Below are positions 13,273 to 24,911 of a stretch of DNA of 64,000 nucleotides, one piece after another. The position numbers and the translations under genes were made by a program. How positions within the stretch are numbered: position 1 is the first letter of the stretch; each line of letters opens with the position of its first letter. The notes beneath the pieces were generated by a model, which saw nothing but the letters and a program-made list of their open reading frames with translations, made no database searches and was not told the origin of the DNA. Origin of the DNA: Octopus sinensis (taxonomy: Eukaryota); assembly GCF_006345805.1 (NCBI RefSeq), contig NC_043000.1, positions 41,788,001 to 41,852,000 of the forward strand. Direction: 5' to 3'.

Positions 13273-13570
13273 TAATCCAAACAAGAAAACACAAAAAAAC
13301 AAAAAAAAACACAACAACGCGAGGACGTGGAACAAATAAAGTATTATTGGACGCTCAGGAAAGAAGAGAAGGAGGGTTTAACGTTTCGAGCGGAGCTCTT
13401 CGTCGGAAACATAGGAGAAGGAAAGATCCCGAGAAGGGAAGACAGAGGAAAAAAAATCGCCTGCGGTACTCACGAGGTCACATATTGAAAGACAGGAAGT
13501 AGAAAGGTGGAAGAATAATGTTTTTTAAAGACAGGAGAGTTTTCAAACGCAGTATGGTAAAGACAAGGAA
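13267..13570 (-). mobile_element. Penelope-like element 3' end abutting (TA)n
   Basis: Pyrimidine-rich region on the minus strand, then a hammerhead motif and a ~110 nt tail ending at (TA)n. Confidence 0.65.
13376..13410 (-). ncRNA. Minimal type I hammerhead-like motif (CCGACGA core variant)
   Basis: Minus strand GTTT-CCGACGA-A-GAGC-TCC-GCTC-GAAA-CG-TT-AAAC: 4-bp stem I, 4-bp stem II, palindromic AACGTT stem III. Confidence 0.7.
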
Positions 13571-13579
13571 GTGAGAGGG

Positions 13580-14843
13580 GGAATGTGTGTGGATGTGTGC
13601 GTGCGCGGAGGTCTGCGTGTGCGCGTGTGTGTGTATGTGTGCAATGATGACACGTGTGTGAGTGTGTGTGCGTGTGTGTGTGTATGTGTGTATGGCGAAC
13701 AACTGGCTAGTAGCTGGCCAGAATAAGGAGTGGTGTTTTTTGTGTCCAGCCACAGGTCAAAAACAAAGAGGTATGTGTGTGTGCGTGTATGTATATGTAT
13801 CGTGTGTGTTTTGTTTGTAGTGTGTGGGTGTGTATGTGTGTGTTCGTGTGTGTATGCGTAGAGTTTGGGTGTGTGGCGAGTAACCGTACTTAACTTAGTG
13901 TATGTGTGCGTGTGTGCTTGTACGTGCGTGTGTGTGTATATATATGTATGTATAATTGTGTGCCGTGTGTATGGGATGTATGTGTGGGTTCATTTGTGTG
14001 TGTGTGTTTGTATGTATGTGCGTGTTGTTGTGTGTGCGTGTATGTGTGCGTTTGTATGTGTATGTGTGTAAGCGTATATGGATGTATATGCGTGTATCCG
14101 TGGGGTTGTGCGTGTGTGCGTGCGTATGTGTGCGTATGTGTGTGTGTGTGTCTGTGCTTATATGTGTGTACGTATGTGTATATGTGCGTGAGCGTGTAGG
14201 TATATATTGTGTGTATGTATATGTGTCGGTGTGTATGTGAATTTGTGTGTGTTTGTACGTTTGTATGTGTTTGTTTCGTGAATTGTATATATATGTAGAT
14301 GTGTGTGTGTGTGCATATGTGTGTACGTGCGTGCGAGTGAATGTATGTATATATGTGCGTGTGTACAAATGTAGAGGTTTATATGTGTGTTTATATGTTT
14401 ATATGTGTGTATATGTATGTATGCAAGCACACACTTTATAATTGAAAGATTGATAGAAAAAAATTGGTGAGGGTGTATGTGAATCCACAGGCACACACAT
14501 ACACACACTGACGCACGCCTGCAATAAGCCAACCCCATATGCATGTATGTATGTATGTATGTATGTATGTATGTATGTATGTATGTATGTATGTATGTAT
14601 GTATGTATGTATGTATGTATGCATGTATGTGTGTGTGTGTATGTGTGTGTATGTATGTATGTATGTATGTGTGTATGTATGTATGTATGTGTGTGTGTAT
14701 GTGTGTATGTATATATGTATGTATGTGTGTATGTGTGCATGTGTGTTAGTGTGTGTGAGTGTATGTATGTATGTATGTATGTATGTATGTATGTGTGTGT
14801 GTATGTATGTATGTGTGCATGCGTGTATGTGTGTATGTGTGTA

Positions 14844-14874
<31 letters not shown>

Positions 14875-15290
14875 ATGTGTATGTATGTGTGTATGTGTGT
14901 GTGTTTATGTATGTAGGTATGTATGTATGAATGTATGTATGTATGTGTGTGTGTGTGAATGTATGCGTGTGCGTGTGGGGGGTTTCTGGAGTTGTGTGGG
15001 CGTAATCTACATGCGCGTGCTTGTGTGCGTGTGTGCGCTTACGTGCGTGTATGTGTGTGTGTGTCTCTGCTAGGTGTTTATAAGAGTATGCGTATCTGTA
15101 TGAGTATTGTTTGTTGGTGTGTGTGCACGGGCATGTGTGTGTGCGCGTTGGGGTGTATGGGTGTGTGGGTGTGTGTATAGGTGTGGAAGCATTTGTGCTT
15201 ACAAGTGTATGTAGGTTGTATGTGTGTGGTGTGTTGGAAGTAGGTGTGTTCGTGGATACGTGAGTATGTGTGTGTGTGTGTGTGTTTCTG
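13580..15290. repeat. Long degenerate (TG)n/(TATG)n tract
   Basis: Direct inspection; source of many spurious VCVC/HTHT ORFs. Confidence 0.92.
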
Positions 15291-15336
15291 TATAAGGACA
15301 AATATTTTTTTAAAAAAAAGGTTATATATATATATA

Positions 15337-15526
15337 ACAGAGGGGACAAACAAGGACAGACAAACGGATTAAGTCGATTATATCGACCCCAGTGCGTAAC
15401 TGGTACTTAATTTATCGACCCCGACAGGATGAAAGGCAAAGTCGACCTCGGCGGAATTTGAACCCAGAACGTAAGGGCAGACGAAATACGGCTACGCATT
15501 TCGCCCGGCGTGCTAACGTTTCTGCC

Positions 15527-15528
<2 letters not shown>
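15337..15528 (-). mobile_element. SINE family A (long-tail variant), followed by (GATA)n(TACA)n to ~15700
   Basis: Near-identical to the units at 21351-21779. Confidence 0.92.
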
Positions 15529-15588
<60 letters not shown>

Positions 15589-16114
15589 GATAGATAGATA
15601 GACCGACAGACAGACAGATAAATAGACAGACAGATAGGTAAATAGATAGTTAGATACATACATACATACATACATACATACATACATACATACATACATA
15701 CGTTTTGATGACGAACGTAATCAGTTCCCCATACTCTCTATCATACACTAGAAATGGTAGTAATTTAGTCCTTCGCTACTGTGATTTCATATATAGAAAT
15801 TTTTGCCACAGCATCGTCATTGTATACTAATTACAATTTTCATCGTAATCAGAACTATGAAGAATAAACATGAACTTATTCAAAAATGCTTAGTAAATTC
15901 ACATGAACTTTTTCAAAAAGTGATTGATGCATTGAGGCAACATCCAAAGCGTCTATAATTTTTAGTCCATAATATACCTTCGCAACAAAAAAAAAAAAAA
16001 GAAAAAAAACCATGTTATAAAGAATGGATTTTTCTCTTGCATTTCTTTATTTTTAAAACGAGATTTGTTTTCAACTGTCTGCTTTGTTGTATATTCGTGA
16101 GAAGTCGTATTTAA

Positions 16115-16611
16115 CACGTTCGAATATACTCGGACCTATCGCTGCGGAAATAGTCTGAGGAAAAATTCTCTTTCTAGATGGCGTATATGAAAACACGTAT
16201 GGATGAGAATGACGTCACCGGATTGTATGACGCGTATGTTTCCGTGTTGTTACGTATCATCAGACAAGAGTGCTGAATCTACATTTCACCTAAATCCCTA
16301 GCAAAAAAGAAAAAGAAATGATACGTTCTTATATTTGAACAGCAAGCATTACATTTACTGATGTGCGTAAAGCTTGGTCAGTCTAAAATCAATAAAATGA
16401 AGGCGGATAAAGCCGCGAGTTATGAAAGGCAGATTTGGTATTCGTAGCTAATGACGCATAGCAACGCAGAAACACATGCGTCCTACGATTCAATAATGTC
16501 ATGCTCAATCTAATGTATTTAACTGCATCATGTCGTCTAGGAGGAGAATTTTTCTTCTGAGACAACTGTCGCAGCAAAAGGTCTTCCCACATCTGAGTGT
16601 AATCGAACGTG
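16115..16611. mobile_element. piggyBac-like MITE with ~75 bp imperfect TIRs
   Basis: TTAA-CACGTTCGAATATACTCGGA..CGCTGCG..GAAAAATTCTCTTTCTAGA is mirrored by TCTAGGAGGAGAATTTTTC..CGCAGC..TCTGAGTGTAATCGAACGTG. The right-hand TTAA is degenerate. Confidence 0.6.
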
Positions 16612-16683
16612 CTATTATGTGTGTGTCTGTGTGTATGTGTGTGTGTGTGTGAGTGTGTGTGTGGCGTATGGATGGATGGATGG

Positions 16684-16715
<32 letters not shown>

Positions 16716-16718
<3 letters not shown>

Positions 16719-17364
16719 TTCAGCAAAAATTTAGATTCAAATGAATATGGTACTTAATTTAGATGCACCAGAATTTTGTATGGTGTTATCCATAAAAATC
16801 CGTGGGGCTGATTATAATCAAAATAAGCAACAAGAATGACTCCGGTAATTTGGTACGATCGTTTCGTACTACATCATTTTATTAAATGTTGTAAGTATTA
16901 CAACAGATTTAAGATGCTGAGTACTCATCAGCATCTTAAATCTGTTGTAATACTTACAACATTTAATAAAATGATGTAGTACGAAACGATCGTACCAAAT
17001 TACCGGAGTCATTCTTGTTACTTATTTTGAGTATATAATATATATATATATAAGTTCAGCAAAAATTTAGATTCAAATGAATATGGTACTTAATTAGATG
17101 CACCAGAATTTTGTATGGTGTTATCCATAAAAATCCGTGGGGCTGATTATAATCAAAATAAGCAACAAGAATGACTCCGGTAATTTGGTACGATCGTTTC
17201 GTACTACATCATTTTATTAAATGTTGTAAGTATTACAACAGATTAAGATGCTGAGTACTCATCAGCATCTTAAATCTGTTGTAATACTTACAACATTTAA
17301 TAAAATGATGTAGTACGAAACGATCGTACCAAATTACCGGAGTCATTCTTGTTACTTATTTTGA
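16716..17364 (-). mobile_element. Two tandem copies of a Penelope-like terminal fragment, each a 103-bp-arm fold-back plus a ~100 bp tail
   Basis: Arms 16818-16920 and 16928-17030 differ by one mismatch; the unit repeats at 17052-17364. Minus strand has CTGATGA-GTACT...AGTAC-GAAA-CGATCG-TA. Flanked by (TA)n. Confidence 0.8.
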
Positions 17365-17365
17365 G

Positions 17366-17434
<69 letters not shown>

Positions 17435-18324
17435 TATATTTGCATGTATTTATATATGTATATATGTATTTATGTATTTTTGTATACAAATGTATGTATA
17501 TATACATACATGCACACATACATGTATGCATGTGTGCGTGTTCGCGCATGTGGATTTGTATGTATATTCTGTGAATATCTGTGCATATAATGTGTGTATG
17601 CCAATGTATGTATATGAGTGAGTAGATATCTTAAATTAATTCATTTCAATCTTTAAACCATTTTCCCTTGACATGGCCAAGCAAGTATATCGCCATTCAT
17701 CATCTCTCGAAGTCATCTTTAAATAATGTTGTACAACACCATTATCATCCAAATATTATGAATAAAAAATCACCTGATTTGAAAAATCACCTGCTGAAAC
17801 AAATTACTACTCTAAAGTTACAAGCAACTGGAATGTAATGTAATACAACCGTCTTGTTAGATAAATATTAAGCCGATTTATTTATAAGATATAGTAATTT
17901 ATAAAACTGCAATATAACATTACAAGCGAGGATGGAATTGTGAGGAGACAGAGTACAAGGGGAAGAGGGATTACAGGGGAAAGAGCAAGGCATCAGGGGA
18001 GACAAGAAATGTCAGGCAGAGAAAGGGAAGAGAAAAGTGGAGAACGTGTAGAATGAGAGGAGGCAATAGAGAGAGCGTCAGAAGGAAAGGGAGAGCAAGA
18101 ATTGAGGGAGAGAAAGTGGAAAAAGAAAAGAGTGGATGAAGATGATGAAAATGGCTTAACGGTCGCAGCTAACAAAACGAAAAAAAACCATGTTAATGAA
18201 AAATCTACCTGACGATACAATGGAAAGACAATAAAATAAAGTACGTGTAAAAACAAAAGATTAGGGCATGGACAAGATAAAATAGGGACATGAGCATAAA
18301 TGTATAGATATTTAATGCATACAT

Positions 18325-18660
18325 ATGGATGTGCGGTTAAGAAGCTCGCCTTGCAAGCACGTGCACGTGGTTTCAAGTTCAGTCTCACTGCATGCCACCT
18401 GTACAAGTACTTTACCTATGGGCCCAGCTCGACCAATGTCTTGTAATTGAATCTGGCAAACGGAAACTGTGCAGCAGACCATCGTGTGTGTGTGTTTTGG
18501 TTTGTTTATATCCCCTTAACTTAAGGATTCGGCAAAGAGGCCGATAGAATAAATACAAAGACAAAAAATACTAAGGTCTATCAATTCGACAAAAACATTC
18601 AAAGCGGTGCCCCAACATAGTCACAGTCCAATGACTGAGACACATAAAACTGAAAGGCAT
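18325..18660 (+). mobile_element. Decayed SINE family B
   Basis: Diverged head and tail (TCGGCAAAGAGGCCGATAGAATAA, AATGACTGAGAC). Confidence 0.7.
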
Positions 18661-18784
18661 ATATGCGTGTGTGTATGTGTGCGTGTGTGTGTGCGCGCGC
18701 GCGTGTGTGTGCGTGTGTGTGTGTGTATAGAGGTTATGAGTTGTAATGGCGTCAGTAAGACCCAAAGGTGTCAGGTAATGCTGA

Positions 18785-19870
18785 GTAATTGGTATCTGAT
18801 GATAGGCGCTGCGGAGGTCTACTGTACTGTACATTTCATTCCTTGATATGCTCTCAACCATCTCATCGATTCTCGCTGAATGAAGCGGTTAATGGTCTGA
18901 CTGTAATCAACCACGAATCTTTTCTAGTTTTTTTCATTTGTTGTTACCAAAAGCTGAGCTCTCCAGGGTGAGTTGGAATGGTAAATGATGTCATCACATA
19001 ACAGTTTTTGCATTTCGAAATAAAATAAAGTGTTCATCAGGCTTTGAAAAACGGCGAGACTTTGTTGCAATTGGTTTGTAATCCGGGGACAGGTTGCGAA
19101 ATAAGGATGGTGCTTCAACTTTTACTGCTGCTATTCCACATACAGACAAGTAAGCTTTTCTCCTTTGAAAGAAATCTGAATTCCTTCCTCCTGGTTCAAG
19201 AAATCATGTTCCAGTATAACAGCTGAACACAGTCCGGGTAACAAGGAAAGTTTTACATTATCATGCACTTGGCTTTGGTAGAAGAGTTTCACAAAACAAT
19301 GTTCTTTTGTTACATTTGAAAGTTTCGTGGAAGCCATGGAAATCTTTTTCTCTGAGGGATAAGCGTTTAGTTCCAGGGATTTGGCAAGATCAGAGCAGAT
19401 GTAGCTCTCAGAACTTCCAGTGTCAACAAGAGCTTTGATAGAGGCGTCATTGACGGAAATATTGATGATAGCTTTAGACAGGCTAGTAGGTGTAACTGCA
19501 ATAATAACTGTATTCAATTGAAGATCCATAGCAGATACAAATTCAAACTGCATAGAATTAGGCTTAGATTGGCAAACCTTTAGGAAATGACCCTTTTTAG
19601 CACTTCTTTTGCAGATGGCATTCTGTGCAGGACATTTTGAACTAGGATGGCGAAAGTAACCACAAAAGAAACATTTTGAGGTGTTCACTGATGCTGTTGT
19701 AGATGACGTAACTTCAGATTCGGTATTCTTGGTCAAAGAGATACTACCACAGGGAGTATGGGCTGTGTAAGTAAGGGATTGCTTTGCAGCCATTTCAAGA
19801 GATCGAACCAGGCCAAAAGCGCTTTATAGGTCAAGAGTTTTATTTTCCAACAGTCCCTATCTGATATGAT
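18785..19870 (-). pseudogene. Ty3/Gypsy LTR retrotransposon gag-pro-RT fragment
   Basis: Zinc knuckles CFFCGYFRHPSSKCPA..KKGHFLKVC, aspartic protease ALVDTGSS, RT motifs SNSPWRAQLLV and STVDLRSAYHQIP. Frameshifted. Confidence 0.92.
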
Positions 19871-19987
19871 GTACGTTTCTGCCAGCTCGCCGCCCTAAAA
19901 TAGGAATGAGAAACATATTCTTATCTACTCTAGGCACAACGCCCGAAATTTTTGGGGAGGGGTTCAGTCGATTAGATCCACCCCAGT

Positions 19988-21016
19988 TCACCATCCAGGA
20001 GAATCCAGAGATGCACATAACTTAGCTCTGGAAATACTTCCCATGTGTTGGGCTTCAAGATGCTGGTTCAACTCCAGTCTCTTCACCTTCACTTGGTCCA
20101 CATTGGCAGTCTTCCAGGCTTCTTCTAGTTCCATAACCAGACCATCTCTTATTCTACGTCCCTTCTTAGCTAAACTTATGGTAAACCTAATAGACTCATA
20201 TTTTATGGCTCTTTTTAGGATATACTGCCATTTATTATTAATGATGGTACCTGTCAATGCCCTCTCAATTAACTTCTTGATCTGCTTTCTGTACCCCTCA
20301 ATCGCCAAAAGGGACGTATTGAGTTTCCAGTAGCCAGATCCCTGCCTATGTAACTTATATACTGTCAGCTTACAGGTAATCAACCAGTATGTATAGACAT
20401 TTCTTACATATTTAATCCGGGTGTCCTGTGGAGAGGGACTCTCCACCTTTTCTTGACATAGGGGCAGAGGCGGCAAATCTTGAAAAATGGATTGATTAAA
20501 ATCCAATCTCATCATCGACACCGACTTTCTATACGTGTTAAGTACGAATACATTATGAGTCTTTTTATCCATTTCGTAGAACTCGTAGTTCTTATATTTA
20601 TCAGAAACTTCTGCAATCCTAGCGGCTGATTTTTTCGCTTTTATTTCTCTCATTAAATCTTCGTTTTTGCTGTATAACGCGACTATCCCTCTGTCTTTTG
20701 CTTCCTTTTTGGTTTGTCTCTTTTCGCAGCTTTTTTTTTTCTTGGTCTTAGTTCGACCTATTTTTGTTGATTTGAGCTTTCCCTTTTTCTCTTGTTGTTA
20801 GTTGCTTTCTTTTCTTCTGTTTCTCTCTTTCCTCCTCCTCAACATCGGATTCTTCCTCGCCGGCTCTACAGTGCTTTTTTCATATGGCCCAGCTGGTCAC
20901 ACTGGAAACATTGGGGCTTGCGCCCCTCGACGACTACGTTAAGGAATTCCTCCCCAATTTCTATTTTCTTCGGTAACTATTCTAAAATTGGCTGTTCTGC
21001 TTGTATTAGGAGGTGA
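19988..21016 (-). pseudogene. L1/Tx1-type LINE fragment: ORF1 zinc knuckle joined by deletion to the ORF2 endonuclease C-terminus
   Basis: NVVVEGRKPQCFQCDQLGHMKK at ~20875-20942 (CCHC). GSGYWKLNTSLL..YRKQIKKLIERALTGTIINNKW in ORF 19988-20653. Confidence 0.82.
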
Positions 21017-21347
21017 ACCGTTTGACCGGTCCAATAAAGCCGATAGTTGTTGTTGACAAACAACGGTAGTAATTTTATTCTGCTGAATGCGCGTCATTGA
21101 TTGGTTGAAATTGCCGAAATACAACTTTAACAAAAAATAACTTCCAAAATACAGAATTTTCTCAACAATGCCAAGAGAAAAAGACGTTTTATGTAATATA
21201 TTCTACCAGTATACGAAGTTTGAAAGTGTTTAGTTACAAAAAATTATTTTTATAAATCTGTCGAAAATAACACAAAAACAGTCAATAGTAACTGCAGTTA
21301 CTATACAGACGCACTCCAATAATAATCACCAATAAATCCAAACTCAG

Positions 21348-21779
21348 TCAGACGAAATACCTATTTCTTTACTACCCACAAGGGGCTAAACACAGAGGGG
21401 ACAAACAAGGACAGACAAACGGATTAAGTCGATTGTATCGACCCCAGTGCGTAACTGGTACTTATTTAATCGACCCCGAAAGGATGAAAGACAAAGTCGA
21501 CCTCGGCGGAATTTGAACTCAGAACGTAGCGGCAGACGAAATACCTATTTTTTTTACTACCCACAAGGGGTTAAACACAGAGGGGACAAACAAGGACAGA
21601 CAAACAGATTAAGTCGATTACATCGACCCCTGTGTGTAACTGGTACTTAATTTATCGACCCCGAAAGGATGAAAGGCAAAGTTGACCTCGGCGGAATTTG
21701 AACTCAGTACGTAGCGGCAGACGAAATACGGCTATGCATTTCGCCCAGCGTGCTAACGTATCTGCCAGCTCGCCGCCTT
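21348..21779 (-). mobile_element. SINE family A head-to-tail concatemer, ~184 bp period
   Basis: GACGAAATAC recurs at 21351, 21535 and 21720. Only the last unit has the full head (..GCCAGCTCGCCGCC). Confidence 0.93.
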
Positions 21780-21781
21780 GC

Positions 21782-22360
21782 TTAAAGAAAGTATTGAAGT
21801 ATGAATGAAAGTCGTGAGAAAAAAGGCGACTGAAAATAACTGAAAGAAAGAGAGAACGAAAGAAAGAAAGTGAAAAGGAAGGAAGAAAAAAGAAAGAAAG
21901 AAAAAGGAAATAAAGTGAGAAAGAGCGTAAAGTAAAAAATAAACACAAAGAAACAAAGTAAACAAGACAGAAAGAAAGAAGCAAACAAACAAACAAAGAT
22001 AGAAATAGAGATAAAGGAATGGAAATAGAGAAAGGAAAAGAAGAAAGAAAGGGAAAAGAAAGTCAAGAAAAGGACAGAGACAGAGAAAGGAAAAATAAAG
22101 AGAAAAAAGGAAAGAAGAGAAGAAAAAGAAACTATGAAAGAAAAAACAGTGAAAAAAGCAGGAAAAAAGAAAGTAAATCTAAAAATGGAGGAGGAAAAAG
22201 AAAAAGATTTTTCAAAAATTGAATGAAATGAAGAATAATAGATGCTTTTCATAGTAACAAAAGTGTACATAGAAAAAAATACCAGAAAAGAGCGGGAAGG
22301 AAAAACTGAAAAAGTAAGATAGAAGAGGTGTAAAATATATGTGGTAGATATTTTTTCTTT
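21782..22360. repeat. Purine-rich (A/G) low-complexity tract
   Basis: Direct inspection. Confidence 0.85.
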
Positions 22361-22374
22361 CTTTCCACTTAGCC

Positions 22375-22813
22375 ACAAAACCTGAACTTTGGTGGGAGGC
22401 CATTGGTCAATTACATCGACCCCAGTGCACCACTGTTACTTAATTTATTGATTTCGAAAGGATGAAAGTCAAAGCAGACCTTGGTGAAATTTGAACTCAG
22501 AGAGTAAAGCCGGAAGAAACACCGCTAAACATTTAGTTCGTAACTGGTTGGCACTCTTAATGATGATTTAATGTGTAATCTGTAAAGGAAACGAAAATAT
22601 TTATTTCAAATCTTGGCACAATGCCAGCAACATAGCGGCTAGGGGTAAGTCGATAACATCTGACCCAGGACTCAACTGGTACAAATTTTATCGACCCCGG
22701 AGGGACGAAAGGCAAAGTCGACGCCGGTGGAATTTGAACTCAGAACGTAGAGACGAACGAAATGCCGCTAAGCGTTTTACCCGCTGTGCTAACGATTCTG
22801 CCAACTCACCGCC
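22375..22813 (-). mobile_element. Two SINE family A copies (~22375-22540, ~22610-22813)
   Basis: Family A core and head motifs. Confidence 0.85.
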
Positions 22814-23399
22814 TATAAAAGAAAACTAAAATATTCAGAACAAATAAATGTATTAGATGAGCTCTCGTCTGTTTAAGTAAGACATAGGAGCGCATCTGCA
22901 TATAGTTATAATTTTAGCTTTCTTAGTCTCTTCAGGTCACCTACCAGGGAGGCATGAGGTATAGGTGACAGAGATTATTACATGCACCTTCCTCAAAGTA
23001 CAACCCTTGACATCATTGTTGTGGGAAGGTTAAACGAGTGTCAGAGCTATGCCGTTGGGTAATTCGAGTCCCTGGTCTTGCCGCCTAAGGCTAACTGGAG
23101 GGCATTCCAGGTGGCGCATGGAGGTGAATTGCAGGTGGCATCTGTTCCGGAATCCGGTGGCTTCCTAGTGACGCTAGATCACGTCTCCGGACATCCTGCA
23201 GCGAGGGGGTTTAACCGGGGAAGACGACCGGCCACTGGCTTACCGATACAGACGGGAACTGTTTTCGCGGACTCAGATCCTCCCTTGAAACTCCTATGAA
23301 GTCATAACGAAACGCAGCGAACTCAATAGGAGCCGGCTTAACCCCTCCCCCACTACAGGAGGAATGCTGTTACAAGACTGGAAGAAGAAGACGTTGTAC

Positions 23400-23570
23400 C
23401 CTTGCAGAGTTCAAGGGTAGTATTTGGCTGGTGCTTTATTTTATCGACCCCGAAGGTATGAAAGGCAAAATTGACCTCGGTAAGATTTGATCTCAGAACG
23501 AAAAGCGCTCGAAGGAATGCTGGTAAGCAGTTTATTCGTTGTGTTAACAATTCTGCCAGCTCGCCACCTT
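23400..23570 (-). mobile_element. Decayed SINE family A
   Basis: TTTATCGACCCCGAAGGTATGAAAGGCAAA..CTGCCAGCTCGCCACC. Confidence 0.8.
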
Positions 23571-23855
23571 CAGTTAAGTACTAGGGATGAGGTAACTGAC
23601 CTTCTCTTCGAAATTGCTGGTCTTGAATCCTGCAAGGCATCAGCGTCCAATTGAAGGGAATGTAGTGAACTCGATCACTTATGCACACTGAGGTCTTGAT
23701 GTCAAGAAAAATAAAATGAAAAATAAAAGAAACGAAAGGAGCATTGCGTGCTTCACAAAATCTCAGATGTGCACTTGTGTATTTCATAAGGAAACACAGA
23801 TATATTGTACTTAGCAAAGAAACAGAGAAAACGTAGCTTTCATGTATTTATCTAT

Positions 23856-23901
<46 letters not shown>

Positions 23902-24337
23902 CAGCAGTAGGAGGAGGAGTATAAGGACATGCGTTGTAACAGTGTGTACACCATTTGTTGGTGTTTTTGTACACTTGGCGTGTGACACCTTTGCACCACT
24001 CAGGCGATAACCTTCCAACTCTTGGGTCTGTTTTGGGTTGTCGTTGCTGATGAGGGTTTTATGAGGTCAGAGTGTCAATCCTACTTTGACCCCTTTTAGT
24101 CGCAAAGGAAACATTAGGTTTATTCTTTGACATGCCACTCCCCACACAGCGCGTTTATCTATGGAACAAAGGTACTTTTCTTGAATTTTTAGCCAAGGAA
24201 CGAGACAGAGTATTTGTGAGTTTAGAAAAAGAATTTAAAGTTTACTGGTATATTTAACAAAGGAACTTGGGCGAGTACGAAGAACTTAGGGGAATTTTAA
24301 AAATGAACTAGGAAGAAATTTAAAAATGAACTAACAC

Positions 24338-24500
24338 AGGCGCACGAGTGGCTGTGTAGTAAGAAGCTTCCTTCCCAACCACACGGGTCCGGGTTCAGTC
24401 CCACTGCGTGACACCCTGGGCAAGTATCTTCTGTAGCCTCGGGCCGACCAAAGCCTTGTGAGTGGATTTGGTAGACGGAAACTGAAAGAAGCTTGTCGTA

Positions 24501-24567
<67 letters not shown>

Positions 24568-24826
24568 TGTGTGTGTGTGTGGTGTGTGTGTGTGTGTGTG
24601 TGTGTGTATGTTTGTGTGTCTGTGTTTGTCCCAACCCCCATCGCTTGACAACCGCTGTTGGTGTGTTTATGCCCCCGTAAATTAGCGCTTCGGCAAAAGT
24701 GACCGATAGAATAAGTAATAGGCTTAGAAACAATAAGTCCAGGGGGCGATTTGTTCGACTAAAGGCGGTGCTCCAGCAAGGGCCGCTGTCAAATGACTGA
24801 AACTAGTAAAAAGAGTAAAAAGAGTA
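24338..24826 (+). mobile_element. SINE family B, full length
   Basis: Head, internal (TA)n(TG)n, and tail with AAAAAGAGT repeats. Confidence 0.92.
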
Positions 24827-24911
24827 ACAAAAGAACTCGGGTGAGTACCATTGATTTTAACAAAGGAACACATCTAAAAATTCATGGGCTTGACAAAGGA
24901 GCTTAGAAGAA

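Noticed and set aside
23040-23100. HDV-like ribozyme suggested by GGGTAA..GGCTAA
   Set aside because: The required P1, P2 and P3 partners could not be found.
24044-24122. CTGATGA..GGTCAGAGT/ACTTTGACC..GAAAC hammerhead candidate
   Set aside because: Base of stem II, stem I and stem III do not pair; at best a badly decayed relic.
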